A DNA stretch of 64,000 nucleotides from the human T2T-CHM13v2.0 reference genome, Homo sapiens: assembly GCF_009914755.1 (NCBI RefSeq), contig NC_060926.1. The stretch is one strand, 5' to 3'. How positions within the stretch are numbered: position 1 is the stretch's first letter; every line of letters starts with the position of its first letter. The notes beneath the pieces are model-generated. The model was not told the DNA's origin. It made no database searches and saw only the letters and a list, made by a program, of their open reading frames with translations. The position numbers and the translations under genes are program-made. This document shows, one piece after another, positions 1 to 17,640 of this stretch.

Positions 1-720
1 ATGGATTAACAAAATGTAGTATATACATGCAACAGAATATTACTCAGCTTTAAAAAAATAAAATTCTGACGTATGCTACAACATAGATAAACCTTGAAGA
101 CATTATGTTAAGTGAAAGAAGCCAGGCCAGGCGTGCTGGCTCACGCCTGTAATCCTAGCACTTTGGGAGGCCGAGGCTGGTGGATCACAAGGTCAGGAGT
201 TCAAGACCAGCCTGGCCAAGATGGTGAAACCTCATCTCTACTAAGAATACAAGAAATTAGCAGGGCATGGTGCAGGCGCCTGTAATCCCAGCTACTCAGG
301 AGGCTGAAGCAGAGAATTGCTTGAACCTGAGAGGCAGAGATTGCAGTGAGCCAAGATTATGCCACTATACTCCAGCCTGGGCGACAGAGCAAGACTCTGT
401 CTCAAAAAAAAAGAAAGAAAAAGAAAAAAGAAAGAAATCAAACATAAAAGGACAAATACTCTGATTCCACTTATATGAGGTACCTAGAATAGTCAAATTC
501 ATAGAGGCAGAAAGTACACTAGAGGTTACCAGGGGCTGGGAGTGGAAAGGTATTATTTAATAGGTTCAGAGAGTCATTTGGGATGATGAAAAAGTTCTGG
601 AAATGGAGAGCAGTGATAGTTGTACAACATTGTGAATGTACTTACTATCACTGAATTGTACACTTAGAAAGGGTTAAAATGGTAAATTTTATGTTATGTA
701 AATTTTACCATAATAACAAA
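1..720 (+). mobile_element. Old L1 (L1MB-like) 3' end, interrupted by an Alu
   Basis: Typical L1M ORF2-end/3'UTR phrases (accttgaagacattatgttaagtgaaagaagcca; gacaaatact...attccacttatatgaggtacctagaatagtcaaattcatagag). Confidence 0.75.
125..436 (+). mobile_element. AluS
   Basis: Full dimer with A-rich tail. Confidence 0.93.
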
Positions 721-905
721 AGTGAAAAAAAACCAAGACCCAATGACAGACTGCCTATGAGAAACCTATTTTAATATATAGATACAAATAAGATAAAAGC
801 AAAAAAAGGGAAGTACATATGCTATGCTAACTGTAATCAAAAGTAAATGAAATGGTTATATTAATATTAATACAAAACCATGTAGATTTCAGGCAAAGAA
901 TATTA

Positions 906-1417
<512 letters not shown>

Positions 1418-1729
1418 GGAAGAGAAATAATTAAATTAAATTAAATAATAAATTAAGCAAAAACTAATAGAATTGCAAGGAGAAATAGCCAAGTCCACAA
1501 TTATGGTCTGAGAACTTGCTGACCCTCTCTCAATAATTATAAAACAAGAAAACATATAATTAGTGTGAATACAGATGACTTGAAAACACTATCAACCAAA
1601 CTGACTTAATAGACATTCATAGAACACTCCACCCAGTAACAGCAGAATATACACGCTTTTCAAGTGCACATGAACATTTATCAAGATAGACCATAATCTA
1701 GGCCATAAAACAAGTAAGTCTCAGTATAC

Positions 1730-2028
1730 TTTTTTTTTTTTTTTTTGTGAGGGAGTCTCGCTCTGTCACCCAGGCTGGGGTGCAGTGGTACCATCTCGGC
1801 TCACTGCAACCTCTGCCTCCCAGATTCAAGAGATTTTCCTGCCTTAGGCTCCCAAATAGCTGAGATTATAGGCACCTGCCATCATGCCTGGTTAATTTTT
1901 GTATTTTCAGTAGAGACAGGGTTTCACCATTTTGGCCAGGCTGGTCTTGAACTCCTGACCTCAGGTGATTCGCCTGCCTCGGCCTTCCAAAGTGCTGGGA
2001 TTATAGGAGTGAGCCACCATCCCTGGCC
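1730..2028 (-). mobile_element. AluS
   Basis: Reverse dimer; TSD tcagtata. Confidence 0.93.
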
Positions 2029-2385
2029 TTCAGTATATTTTTAAAAATTCAAGTCTTTACAAAGTATATTCTCTGACCACAATGAAATTATAAATTAATA
2101 GTAAAAAGATAGCTAGAAAATCCAAAGTATTTGGAAACTAAATAACACACCTCTGAATAATCTGTGATTGAAAGAGGAAGTCTCAAAGTAAATTTAAAAA
2201 TATTTTCCACTAAAAGAAAATGAAAACAAAGCAGTATTTAGAAATTTATAATACTAAATGATTAAATAAAAAAGAAGGTCTCAAATCCAGGACCTCATCT
2301 TTCACCCTAAGAAACTAGAAAGACAAGAACAACTGAAGAAAAGAAAGTAGACGAAAGAGAGATCAAAGAAAAAAATCAATAAAAT

Positions 2386-2606
2386 ACGCCTGTAATCCTA
2401 GCACTTTAGGGGGCCGATGTGGGTGGATCACTTGAAGTCAGGAGTTCAAGACCAGCCTGGCCAACATGGTGAAACCCCATCTCTACTAAAAATACAAAAA
2501 TTAGTCAGAAATTGCTTGATCCCAGAAGATGGAGGTTTCCGTGAGCCGAGATCACCCCACTACACTCCAGCCTGGGCAGCAGAGTGAGACTGTCTCAAAA
2601 AAAAAA
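2386..2606 (+). mobile_element. Alu with 5' truncation and internal deletion
   Basis: Left arm jumps from the linker to the distal right arm. Confidence 0.85.
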
Positions 2607-2728
2607 TGTAATAAAATAGAAAATCATATAAATAATAGTGAAAATCAGTGAAACCAAGGGCTGGCTTTTCGAGATCAATAAAATTGATAAACTTCTAGCC
2701 AGATGATGAGGAAAAAATAAATATGAAA

Positions 2729-3183
2729 GTTGATCATAAGAATTGGGTTATTCTTGTCATTCCCAACTAAAACAGAGTCAAGAAGCCACCGGAGGAAAAT
2801 CACTCAGGGTATAAAACGTTACTCTGAGAATGTAATTCTCGTAAGTATGGCTGCTGAAACTGCCTGTTGTAACCTAAAACCAGTTTTATCTATAGCTTCT
2901 GAGATAATTTGCTGCAACTCTAGAACTAATTTTGCCCATCACTGTTGCTCACCTATTCGGGCTTCCCAACTTTACAAACCTTTACTAGTGGCAATGAACT
3001 TTCTCAAAGAGCAATATGTGACATTTCTTCTTCTTTTTAATAAAACCTCTAACCTTGCCTTTGCTCTTCAGACATACCAAAGGCCACCTGGTCTGTGTGT
3101 ATGCCCTAAATTACAATTTTCTCTTCCCAAATAAAACATTAAGTTTAGAGATTCAGCTCTACATCTTTATTTTGATTTCAATA
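2729..3183 (+). mobile_element. Solo LTR (LTR47-like, tentative)
   Basis: Non-L1 ~450-bp insert in the L1M with LTR-like composition, internal AATAAA and degenerate TG...CA ends. Confidence 0.6.
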
Positions 3184-4624
3184 TACAAAACACAAATAGT
3201 CAATATCAGCAATGAGTGAGGTGACATCACTACAGATCCTCTAGGTATTAAAAGGATAATAAAGAAATATTATGAACAATTCTATGCCAATAAATTTGAA
3301 AAATTAAATGAAATAGATAGATTTCTAGGAAGACAAACTACCAAAGCTTACTCAAGAAAAAATGGATAACATAATGACATTATGCCTTTTAAATAAATTG
3401 AGTTTGTTGTTAAAAACTTTCCCACAAAGAAAATTCCAGGCCCAGATGGTTTCACTGGTGAGTTCCAGCAAACTTTTAAGGAAACATATGAACAAAATCT
3501 TCCAGAAAACTGAGTCAGAAAAAATAATTACTAACAGATTCTATGAGACCAGCATTCAATAATATCAAAACCAGATAAAGGCATTACCAGAAAATTTGAT
3601 GAATTTCCTTCATGAACATATGCAACAATTGTTAACAAAATTTTAGCAAATTGAATCGAACAATGTATAAAAAGGATAATACATCAACAGCCAACGCAGT
3701 TTATTCCAGAAATACAAGTTTGTTCTCATATTTGAAAATTAAGTAATGTAATCCACCACGTCAACAGACTAAACTCCAAACCAAAATGAAGCAAGAAAGC
3801 GTATGATTATCTCTAGTAGATGGGAGGAAAAGCATTTGACAAAGCCCGACCCCTATTTCTGACAAAAATTCTCAGCAAACCAGGAACATTGGTAAACTTC
3901 CTCAATCAGATAAAGGGTATCTACAAAAACTCTACAACTAACATCATGGAAAGACTGAATGCTTCCTTCTTACGATCAGATTTAAGGCAATGATGACCCC
4001 TCTCACCATTTCTATGTAACATTTGTACTGAATGTTGAAGCCATTGCATAAAGCCAAGAAGTATTAAAAGGTATCTAGATTGGAAAGGAAGAAATAAAAC
4101 TGTGTTTATTTACAGAAGACGTGATCATCTACATAGAAAATTCTTCTGAATCCACATAAAAGCTACTAGAACTACCATATAGAGGGTAAAATTACACCAC
4201 TGTATAACTCAGACATTCCACTCCTGGACATTTACTCAAAAGAAATAAAGACATATGTTAATAAAGTGAGTTTAGCAGAGTTGCAGGACACAAGACTAAA
4301 TATATAAAAATCAGTGGTATTTCTAGATTCTCACAATAAAGAGTCAGAAATTGAAGTAAAATTAATACCATTTACAATAATAGCACCAAAAATATTAAGT
4401 ACTAAAGGATAAATCTGACAGGAGATGTGTAAGACCTATATACTGGGAACTACAAAATGTTGCTGAAAGAAATTAAAGAAGACTTAAATACATGGAGAGA
4501 AATATATATTCATGGATTGAATGACCCAATATCCTTAAGAGGTCAGTTCTCACTAAATTGTTCCAAACTCAACACACTTTCAATAAAATTCTAGCAAGCT
4601 TCTTTGGTAGAAATTTAACATATT

Positions 4625-4937
<313 letters not shown>

Positions 4938-5478
4938 AAAATTGACATGTTAATTCTAAAATTAATATGAAAATTTAAAAATTTAAAATACCAAAGTAAT
5001 TTTGAAAAATAACAAAGCTGGAAACTGGTCTTGCCTGACTTTGAGACTTGTAAAGCTATAAAAATTAAGACAGTGTGATAATAATCTCAAACTATACAAA
5101 TAGTTAAATATGACAGAACAGGTAGACCCACATATATATAGATAGCTGATTTTCAAGAGACATGCAAAGTTAATTCATGGGCAAAAAGATAGTCTTTTCA
5201 ATAAATGGTGTTAAAATAATGGTTATTCATATGCAAAAAAAATGAACATTGATCCATACATCACACCATACACAAAATTTAACTCAAAATGTATTGGAGA
5301 CTTAAATGTAAAACCTAGAACTACAAAAAACTTAGAAGAAAAAAATAGAAAAAAATCTTTGTGGTCTTGAGTTAAGCAACAATCTCTTAGATACAATACC
5401 AAAAACACAATACATGAGGGGAAAAAAAACAAAAACAGATAAATGGACTTCTTCAATATTAAGAACCTCTTCTCTTCA

Positions 5479-5768
5479 AGCCAGGTGTAATGGTTCATGC
5501 CTGTAATCCCAGAGTTTGGGGAGGCTGAGATGATCGTTCAAGGCCAGGAGTTCCAGACCAGCTTCAGTAATACAGTGAGATTAAAAAAAATTTTTTTAAT
5601 TAGCCAGGTATGGTGGTATGTGCCTGCATTCCCAGCTACTCAGGAGGCTGAGGTGGGAGGATCACTTGAGCCCAGAAGTTTGAGGCTGCAGTGAGCTATG
5701 ATTGCACCACAGTATTCCAGCCTGGGTGACAGGACAAGATCTTGTCTCAAAAAAAAAAAAAAAAAAAA
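5479..5768 (+). mobile_element. AluJ
   Basis: Diverged dimer with J-type right arm (gggaggatcacttgagccc). Confidence 0.88.
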
Positions 5769-6160
5769 TTTCTGTTCTGCTCTTCAAAATCACTGTTACA
5801 AAATACAAGCCACAGGCTAGGGGAGAATATTTGCAAAGCACATATGTGATAAAGCACTTGTATTCGCAATATACACAGAATTCTCAAAACTGGATAATAA
5901 GAAAACCAACAACTTCACAATAAAATGAGCAAAAGATATGAACAATAAAGAAGATATATGGATGGCAAACATGCACATGAAAATAAGCTCAGCATTGTTT
6001 GTCATTACAAAATGGAAACTGAAACCTCAATAGACACCACTGAATAGAATGCGTGAAATTTAAAAGACTGATCATACCAAATATTAGTAAGCATGTGGAA
6101 CAACTGGAACTCTCACTCACTGCTGGTGAAAAGCTAATATGGTACAAATATTTTGGAAGA

Positions 6161-6947
<787 letters not shown>

Positions 6948-7107
6948 TTACATGGCTGTTCATAGCAGCTTTATTTGTAATAACCAAACAATAGAAGCAA
7001 CCCAAATGTCCTCAATAGGAATGAATAAGCAAAGTATAAGACATCTAAACAAGAGACTACTACTCCACAATAAAACGCCATGAACTGTTGATAGAAATGG
7101 CAATGCA

Positions 7108-7436
<329 letters not shown>

Positions 7437-7478
7437 AGAAATGGCAATTCAGATAAATCCCAATATAATTATGCTGAG

Positions 7479-7650
7479 AGCTGGACATGGTGGCACAGGC
7501 CTCTGTTCTCAGCTACGCAGGAGACTGAGGTGGGAGGATCCCTTGAGCCCAGAGCTCGAGGCCAGCCTAGGAAATATAGCAAGGCCTCATCTCTCTCTCT
7601 CTATATATATATATATACTCTCTATATATGTATATATATATATATACATA
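7479..7650 (+). mobile_element. FLAM/Alu monomer with (CT)n(TA)n microsatellite tail
   Basis: Monomeric Alu sequence followed by ctctct/tatata repeats. Confidence 0.8.
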
Positions 7651-7713
7651 CTGAGTAAATGAAGCCAGATCAAAACAAGTACATACTGTATGAATCCATT
7701 ATATAAAACTCTA

Positions 7714-8023
<310 letters not shown>

Positions 8024-8111
8024 TTATAGAAAATGCCAACTACTTTATATTGACAGAAAGCCTGGGAATGGGGAGAGAAGCAGAAGAGAGGGATGACAAA
8101 GAGACACAAGG

Positions 8112-8474
<363 letters not shown>

Positions 8475-8783
8475 TCAAATGTATGCATGTGTCAAAATTC
8501 ATCAGATTGTACATTTTAACATGTGAGGTTTGCTGTCTGTTAATTATACCTCAATAAGCTGTTAAAGATAAAAAGAGTAAAAAAAAGAGTAAAAAAATCC
8601 CTTACATGAGAATGCTTCTGGAGTTGTTGGAGAGGAGGCCTAGAGCCCAGCTGGGCATGAGAGAGCAGTCGCTCCAGTTTGGAGAAGGAGGATGGGGTGC
8701 TCCAGGGAGGACATTTCCAAGGAACAAATGGAAGACATAGCTGGCTTTTGTGTTTGAAGGCACACTCATTACAATACTGAGGA

Positions 8784-9119
<336 letters not shown>

Positions 9120-9650
9120 CTACTGAAGAGGTGGGGGGTGAATTAGAGATAGATACACAGAAAGCTTAGTAAACAACATGAGGCAATTATTAATTGCAAA
9201 GAAAGCAAAAAAAGTTCTATAAGACAAGAAATGTAATGGACAAAAAAATGGCTCTATTCCAAATATATTAATATAGTCATGAAAATGTGAGTAATGATGG
9301 TTTAGCCAAATTGATAGAATATATCTGGGAAGATGGAGTGGGAATTGGTGTAAGGCTGAGCTGTTAGGGCAAGAGGAAGACGTGTAAAATCTCACCCACC
9401 ACACCTAGAAGTCAAAACGCAAAAACCTAAAAGTAGTAGATGAGGAAATGGTAATGTAAGCATAGTATTTAGACTGAGGGAGGTAAGTAGCAGAGACAGC
9501 TGAAGGGAATAATCACCATTGCCTCTAGGGAGTGGGAATCCGGAGGGAAGTCTGGGGCCTTAGATTGCTGGTTGTTGTCAAAAGCCAACACTCTCTGGTT
9601 TTTCAACTATTTGTAAATATCCCTTAGACATGATAAAACTAAATTTAAGA
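9120..9650 (+). mobile_element. HAL1/old L1-related 3' fragment
   Basis: ttgcctctagggagtgggaat...gataaaactaaatttaa resembles the HAL1 3' end. Confidence 0.45.
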
Positions 9651-10444
9651 AACTGTATGGGAAAAGTCCTGGGAGAGCATGACTACAAATTAAAACAGTG
9701 ATTTCAACTCTTTATTTTCCCCCGGTTTAATTTGTACTGGTCCTGGGTCTTTCCAAGACCATTTATTACTTTCATAAAGAATAAAATAAATGAGTGAATA
9801 AATGCAGGTGAACAAAACCCATCCCATTGCTAATTCTCAAGAAAGTGGAGGACAAGACTGAAAAGAAGATAGGAACCAAGATGGAAAATCCCAGAGACGG
9901 GAGCCGCTGGCCAGGTTCCTGGCACACAGCGTTGGAAGAAGCAGCCTTCCCCTGGGAAACCGCCAAGGAGTCATTCCAGGACAGCAGCTGGGCTTCCGGA
10001 GAACCGGTGCCCGCTGACTACTGTAAGGTTAGGCCCCTGCGGCCCCTCCTACACACACAATAACAATAATAAGTATAAACACACAAAACAGCGAAGCCTG
10101 GGGTAAGATTCCTGCTCTGACTCACAGGCTGCCTTTCATGCTTACGACATAATCTCTCAAAAACATCTCCTGTTTGGTAACTTCAGTTTTCTGAACATCT
10201 CCCCTTTAGATGAGAAGCAAGAGGTGAAAGAAGGGCAAAGTGAGTAAGAAGAAAGAAAGACTTGAGTGCTATTCTAAAGAGAACATTCTAGATGTGTCCA
10301 GGGGAAGAAGCAAAATATGGGCTCTCTGCCCAAATTCTCTCACTGAATTTCAAAAAGAATTTGTATCCCCTTTTGATCCCCATAGAAGGCATCAAAAGGT
10401 GAGAGAAGTCAAAGAATCTTTCCAGGTTCACCAAAGTCAGAATT

Positions 10445-10604
<160 letters not shown>

Positions 10605-10709
10605 ACCCAAAGTCAGAATTTGAACCCAGTACTCTCCCCTTTTTCCTTTCTTCTCTCCATCCTTCCTTTTCCTTCTTTAATTTTTATTTTTTTATTTATT
10701 TTGCCTTCA

Positions 10710-11032
10710 AAAATATTTATATAGCTCCCAAGCACAACACTAAACACTGGCCTGGGACTTCATGAAACTTACCTCCAGGGGGAGGGATGGAAAGTAAAAT
10801 AAACAAATAAATGAGCAAATAGTTGCAAATGCTTGTCAGGGCTGTGAAGCAAATAAAACAGGGTCATGTGAAATACCGAAACTGAGCAGGCATGACATGG
10901 AATACTTCAGGATAAGTGGTCAAGGAATGTTCTCGAGGAAGCAGTATTTGAGCTGAACCCTGAGTGAAGAGCTGTGGAAAGACCAGAAACAGTGTTTCAG
11001 GTGCAGAGAATAGTAACTGCAAAGACTGAGGC
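10710..11032 (-). mobile_element. L2 fragment
   Basis: L2 3' motifs (gtcaaggaatgttctcgaggaagcagtatttgagctgaaccctga; caggtgcagagaatagtaactgcaaag). Confidence 0.65.
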
Positions 11033-11114
11033 GAAACTAAAAAAGTCATCGAAACCCACACTGAGCCCTGCTGGCGGGGAACTGATGACTCCTCGTTGGT
11101 ACGGTCGTCTGCCC

Positions 11115-12508
<1,394 letters not shown>

Positions 12509-12934
12509 GCCCCACTTCCATGCTTCTACCGCAAAGAGCAATTAGCTTCTTTTCTTGGGACACATATAGAATCAACATCTGGAGACCACGAGCCTGAGAC
12601 CCATTTCAAGTAGCAAAAGAATTTGGACAGGATGCATTTAATCTTGAGTTAATGGTACAAAGCTCAGCCAAGATAAAATTCTCAGCCTCAACATATTTTA
12701 TTTTGAAAAAATGTTATTGTCAGGTACAAGGGAAATTCCTCCTAACTTAGGGGGCTCTGCCAGATGACATAAGCACTGGAGGGACCATTCGTCTGGTGTG
12801 TTATCTTTTTCATCTAAGTAGGTCTTTCCTCCACCAACTCATCTCTCAAAAAGCTGGCCACAGTTCCTAAGTAATTCTATCCCCTGACAGCTGCAGGAAA
12901 GAAAATAGTTGTGACTTGAAAACACACATTTTTA

Positions 12935-13667
<733 letters not shown>

Positions 13668-14544
13668 CTAATTTCCAATCCTTACATTTTTATTGAGCAC
13701 CTACTATGTGGCCAATGTGTTGGTAGTTATTAATAATAATAACAACCACCATTCACTGCCTGTTATGGGCCAAGTACTGTGCAGATATTACTTTGCATGC
13801 TTATAAGGATGATAAAGATTAGATGCATGTTAAAATTATTCCATTTGTCTCAGAGGGAAAATGGGGCTCTACTAGATTAACCAATCTGATCAAGTCAGTG
13901 AGGAACCCAACCCATGATAAAGGAGTTCAGTTTTAAAAAACTCAAGGGCTTCCCATCTATCATAGAGTCTAGTGAATAGAAAGAACTCAATAAATGCATT
14001 TGAAGCATTTTTAAGTATGATTGACCCATTTAGGCTGCAGGGTGGGCATGGAGGCAGTGGTGCTGCCTGCAGCCACAGGGTATGCCGTCTAAGTATGACA
14101 CCGGACCTGCTTCTCAGAAAGGTCCAGCACTCTCAGTGAACTTGAGAGAGCCACTGTCAGTCCCAAGTTTGGAATTTCTACTAGCAGGACAGGCAGTTCA
14201 TGCCCAGAAAAGGGGCTGCCTCTTAGTCTGGAGCTCTCAGTTCTCTGCCCCAAGGAAGCCATGGGTGGCCGGTGTGCTTCCCATTCGCACAGAAACAGGA
14301 GGACTTGGCAGTGCCTTCTATGGGAGCTTTCCTTCAGGGCTAGGATAGGCCAAGGAAAGGATGGGATTGGACAGAGAGAGCATTCTAGAGCTCACCTTTA
14401 TCACAGAACCTCAAAGAACACAAAGTGCTGGAAATAAATACCAGGGCAGAGACTTCCAGGGTAAGGCCTTCTCTAAATCCACTGTTCTTCTTGTCCCCTA
14501 CGTCCCACGGTGTCTACTTCAGAAATCTGGGAGGAGCATTGTAC

Positions 14545-14740
14545 TCTAGTGGAGGGAAACCAGGCTTTGGAGTTAGAAGGGCTGGGTGTGAATCCTGGGT
14601 CTCTAGCTGGATGACCTTGGGTAAGTTACTTAGCTTGTCATAGCCTCAGCTTTCTCTTTTGTAAAATGGAGCTAGTAATCCGAACACCAGAGAGATTGTT
14701 CTGAGGAATAAAGGATATTGCAGCTGTAAAATGCTGGCCC
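14545..14740 (+). mobile_element. MIR
   Basis: MIR core gaccttgggtaagttacttagcttgtcatagcctcagc...tgtaaaatgg. Confidence 0.8.
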
Positions 14741-15145
14741 TTACTATTTGAAAATAAATCTTACATCTGCTTTCCCCTTCTCAAAGATGTGTGATTATTC
14801 CTGCATAGACATGTGACTAGTCCTATACGTTTATTTTTACCTGTCCTTTTTCTAAAAATAATTTGAGGCAGCTGGTTTAATGACAAGACCAAAATAGAAG
14901 GCTCTCTCTCCCCTTTAATCCCTGCTCTCAAACACTTAGTGCAGGTGGCTATGTCACATCGAAGGAGTGGGAAGTAACAGAAGTGCGAGACATGCATTCA
15001 GCAGGTAGTATACCAGCCATGGGAGACTCAGAACGGACAAATGCCCGCCTTCACGGAACTCACTATCAAAGGTGGCATGCAGCCTGTGAGCCATTCCACA
15101 CGGGCTTTCAATCCTTTGAGTTCTGATAATTCTACCTACTTCATA

Positions 15146-15468
<323 letters not shown>

Positions 15469-15849
15469 CCTACTGAGTATTTCTAGGACCCATCTACTTC
15501 TCCTTAGACCCTCGGCCATGACTGTAGCTTGGGCCCTCTTTTTCTCTCATCCGGATGTCTGTGTCTTAATTGGTTGTCTGCACTCTTGTTGTCTTCCAAC
15601 CTTTTCTCTATGCTGTAGGCAGTGTACATGGCTCAGTTTCTCTGCCTAAACATTCAGCGGCTTCCCAGGGACCTGGGAAAAAGCTTAGCATGGCTCAGAA
15701 GACCCTTGCTTCTCTCTCTTGGGTCCATTCACACTTTCCAGCTCCTCTTTCCTCCATATTGAACTTCTCTCCTGAGTGTGCCACTCTTTCCATTTTCAAT
15801 GTGCTTCCCTTAGCCAGGAACCTTGTTCATCCAACTCAGCTTGGCGGTC

Positions 15850-16265
15850 ACTTCATTCATTTCATTCACTCATTCATTCGCTCAGGATTGACTGAGTGCC
15901 CACTATATTCTGAAAGATGTGCTATATTCTAGTAGGGAGACAGCCAAGAAACAAGTGCACATGTCAACAAATGACATATCTAATTTATGTTAATGGCAAG
16001 TGTTCTGAAGCACAGTGGGGCAGGGAAGGAACTAGAGAGCGGCAGGGTGCTGTTTTGGGTATGGTACGCAGGGAGCACGGAAGTAAGGGAGCTGGTCATA
16101 CAAAGAAGAATGGGAGGGACACAGATGTTCAAGGTTGGGGGAAATACGTGCGAAACCTCTGTGGGAATAAAGCTGGAGTGCAGAGAAAAAAGCAAGACAT
16201 TCAGAGTGGCTGGGGCAGAGAGAAAGGGGCCAGTGGTGAGAAGTGAGGTCTGGGAGGAGGCTTGT
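15850..16265 (-). mobile_element. L2 3' fragment
   Basis: (CATT)n L2 tail followed by ttgactgagtgcccacta and L2 body motifs. Confidence 0.7.
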
Positions 16266-17187
16266 GGACTTTGCCTGACAGCTCCCCACCACTCTCTCCA
16301 GCTCTGACCTCAAGGGCAGCCTGTATTTTTCCAATTTTTCTGCTTGGGACTCTGTATTGTAAGTGAATGCTGAAGTATCCATGTTCCCAACAACACTATA
16401 GTCTTTTTATTCTTATTGACAATTTAACTTCTGCAATAAGGTAGGTTCTCAATATATATCTGTGGGTGATTGAATGACTACCAGGAACAAGAATAGAGGT
16501 GAAAGAAGATGTCATTAGCCCCCTGCAAAGTAGCCCATGACAAGTGGTAGGTAAGGGTGGACTGCCTGGGAGTGAGGCCAGAGGATTCTGCGTGGCGGGC
16601 AGGGTTGGGGATGGAGGGAAGCAGAGATCCCCTGGACAGGAGATCAGCTGAAGGAAGTGGTCTCCTATCTTAGTGCGTCTTGGCAGGCTGAGAGGAGGAG
16701 GCTGGGGTGAGGAATTTCTGGCAAAGGGGATTCCTACAGGTGGGAAGGTTGGGGCTTATCTGGAAAACAATGAGTAGACCACAGAGTTATTTCTTGTGAC
16801 AACACGGAAAGAGCACAGAGCAGGGAAAGAGTCCAGGTATCCCCCACGCCTCTAAGCCTGGAATCTGGCGGTGTGAGGGAGGGGTGGACTTGGGTGTCTT
16901 TGTGAGTTTCCATCACTCTGAAGTTCCAGGAGCCAAAGAGCCCTGAGCCCATGACCGGCTGGACGGTGAAGGGAGGTTTCAGGATGCTGGTGCTGCAGTT
17001 AGCTCAGATGAGCCTGTGCTTGGCTCCCTGGGTGCAGACCACCAGTGCAGAGTTCGATGGACACACAGTGGGTCTGCAAGGCTGCCTGAGGCAAATCCAT
17101 CACTGCTGCCTGGCTCCGAGATGGAAGCCTAGTGAGTCCAGAGATCATCCATCTCATGCATCTTCCCACCCAAGGCAGAATTCCTTC

Positions 17188-17640
17188 CGTGTTAGTTTCC
17201 TAGGGCTGGCATAAACAACCCCCACAAACCGGATGGCTTAAACAACAGAAATGTATTCTCACAGTTCTGCAGGCTAGAAGTCTGAAATCAAGGTGTTGGC
17301 AGACTCCCTCTGAAACCTCTGGGACAATCCTTCCTTGTCTCTTCCTAGACTCTGGTGGTATTCTGGCAATCTTGGAAGTCCCTGGCTTGTAGATGCATCA
17401 TGCCAGCCTCTGCCTGTCTAGACGTGGACTTCTCCCTGTAGGTCTCTGTCTGCACATGACAGTCTTTTTGTAAGGACACCTGTCATATTGGATTAGGAGC
17501 CTATCCTACTCCAGTATGACCTCATCTCAACTAACACCTGCAACAGCCAGATTTCCAGTACAGTCACATTCTGAAGCACTGGGAGTCAGGACTTGGACAT
17601 ATCCTTTTCGGGGGAGGGGGGTGCAATTCAGCCCATACAC
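17188..17640 (-). mobile_element. MLT1 (MLT1B/C-like) solo LTR
   Basis: ttagtttcctagggctg...ggcttaaacaacagaaatgtattctcacagttctg...caattcagcccataca. Confidence 0.85.

Noticed and set aside
2730-3134. 134-aa ORF
   Set aside because: Non-ATG start, coincides with a solo LTR, and has no protein motif.
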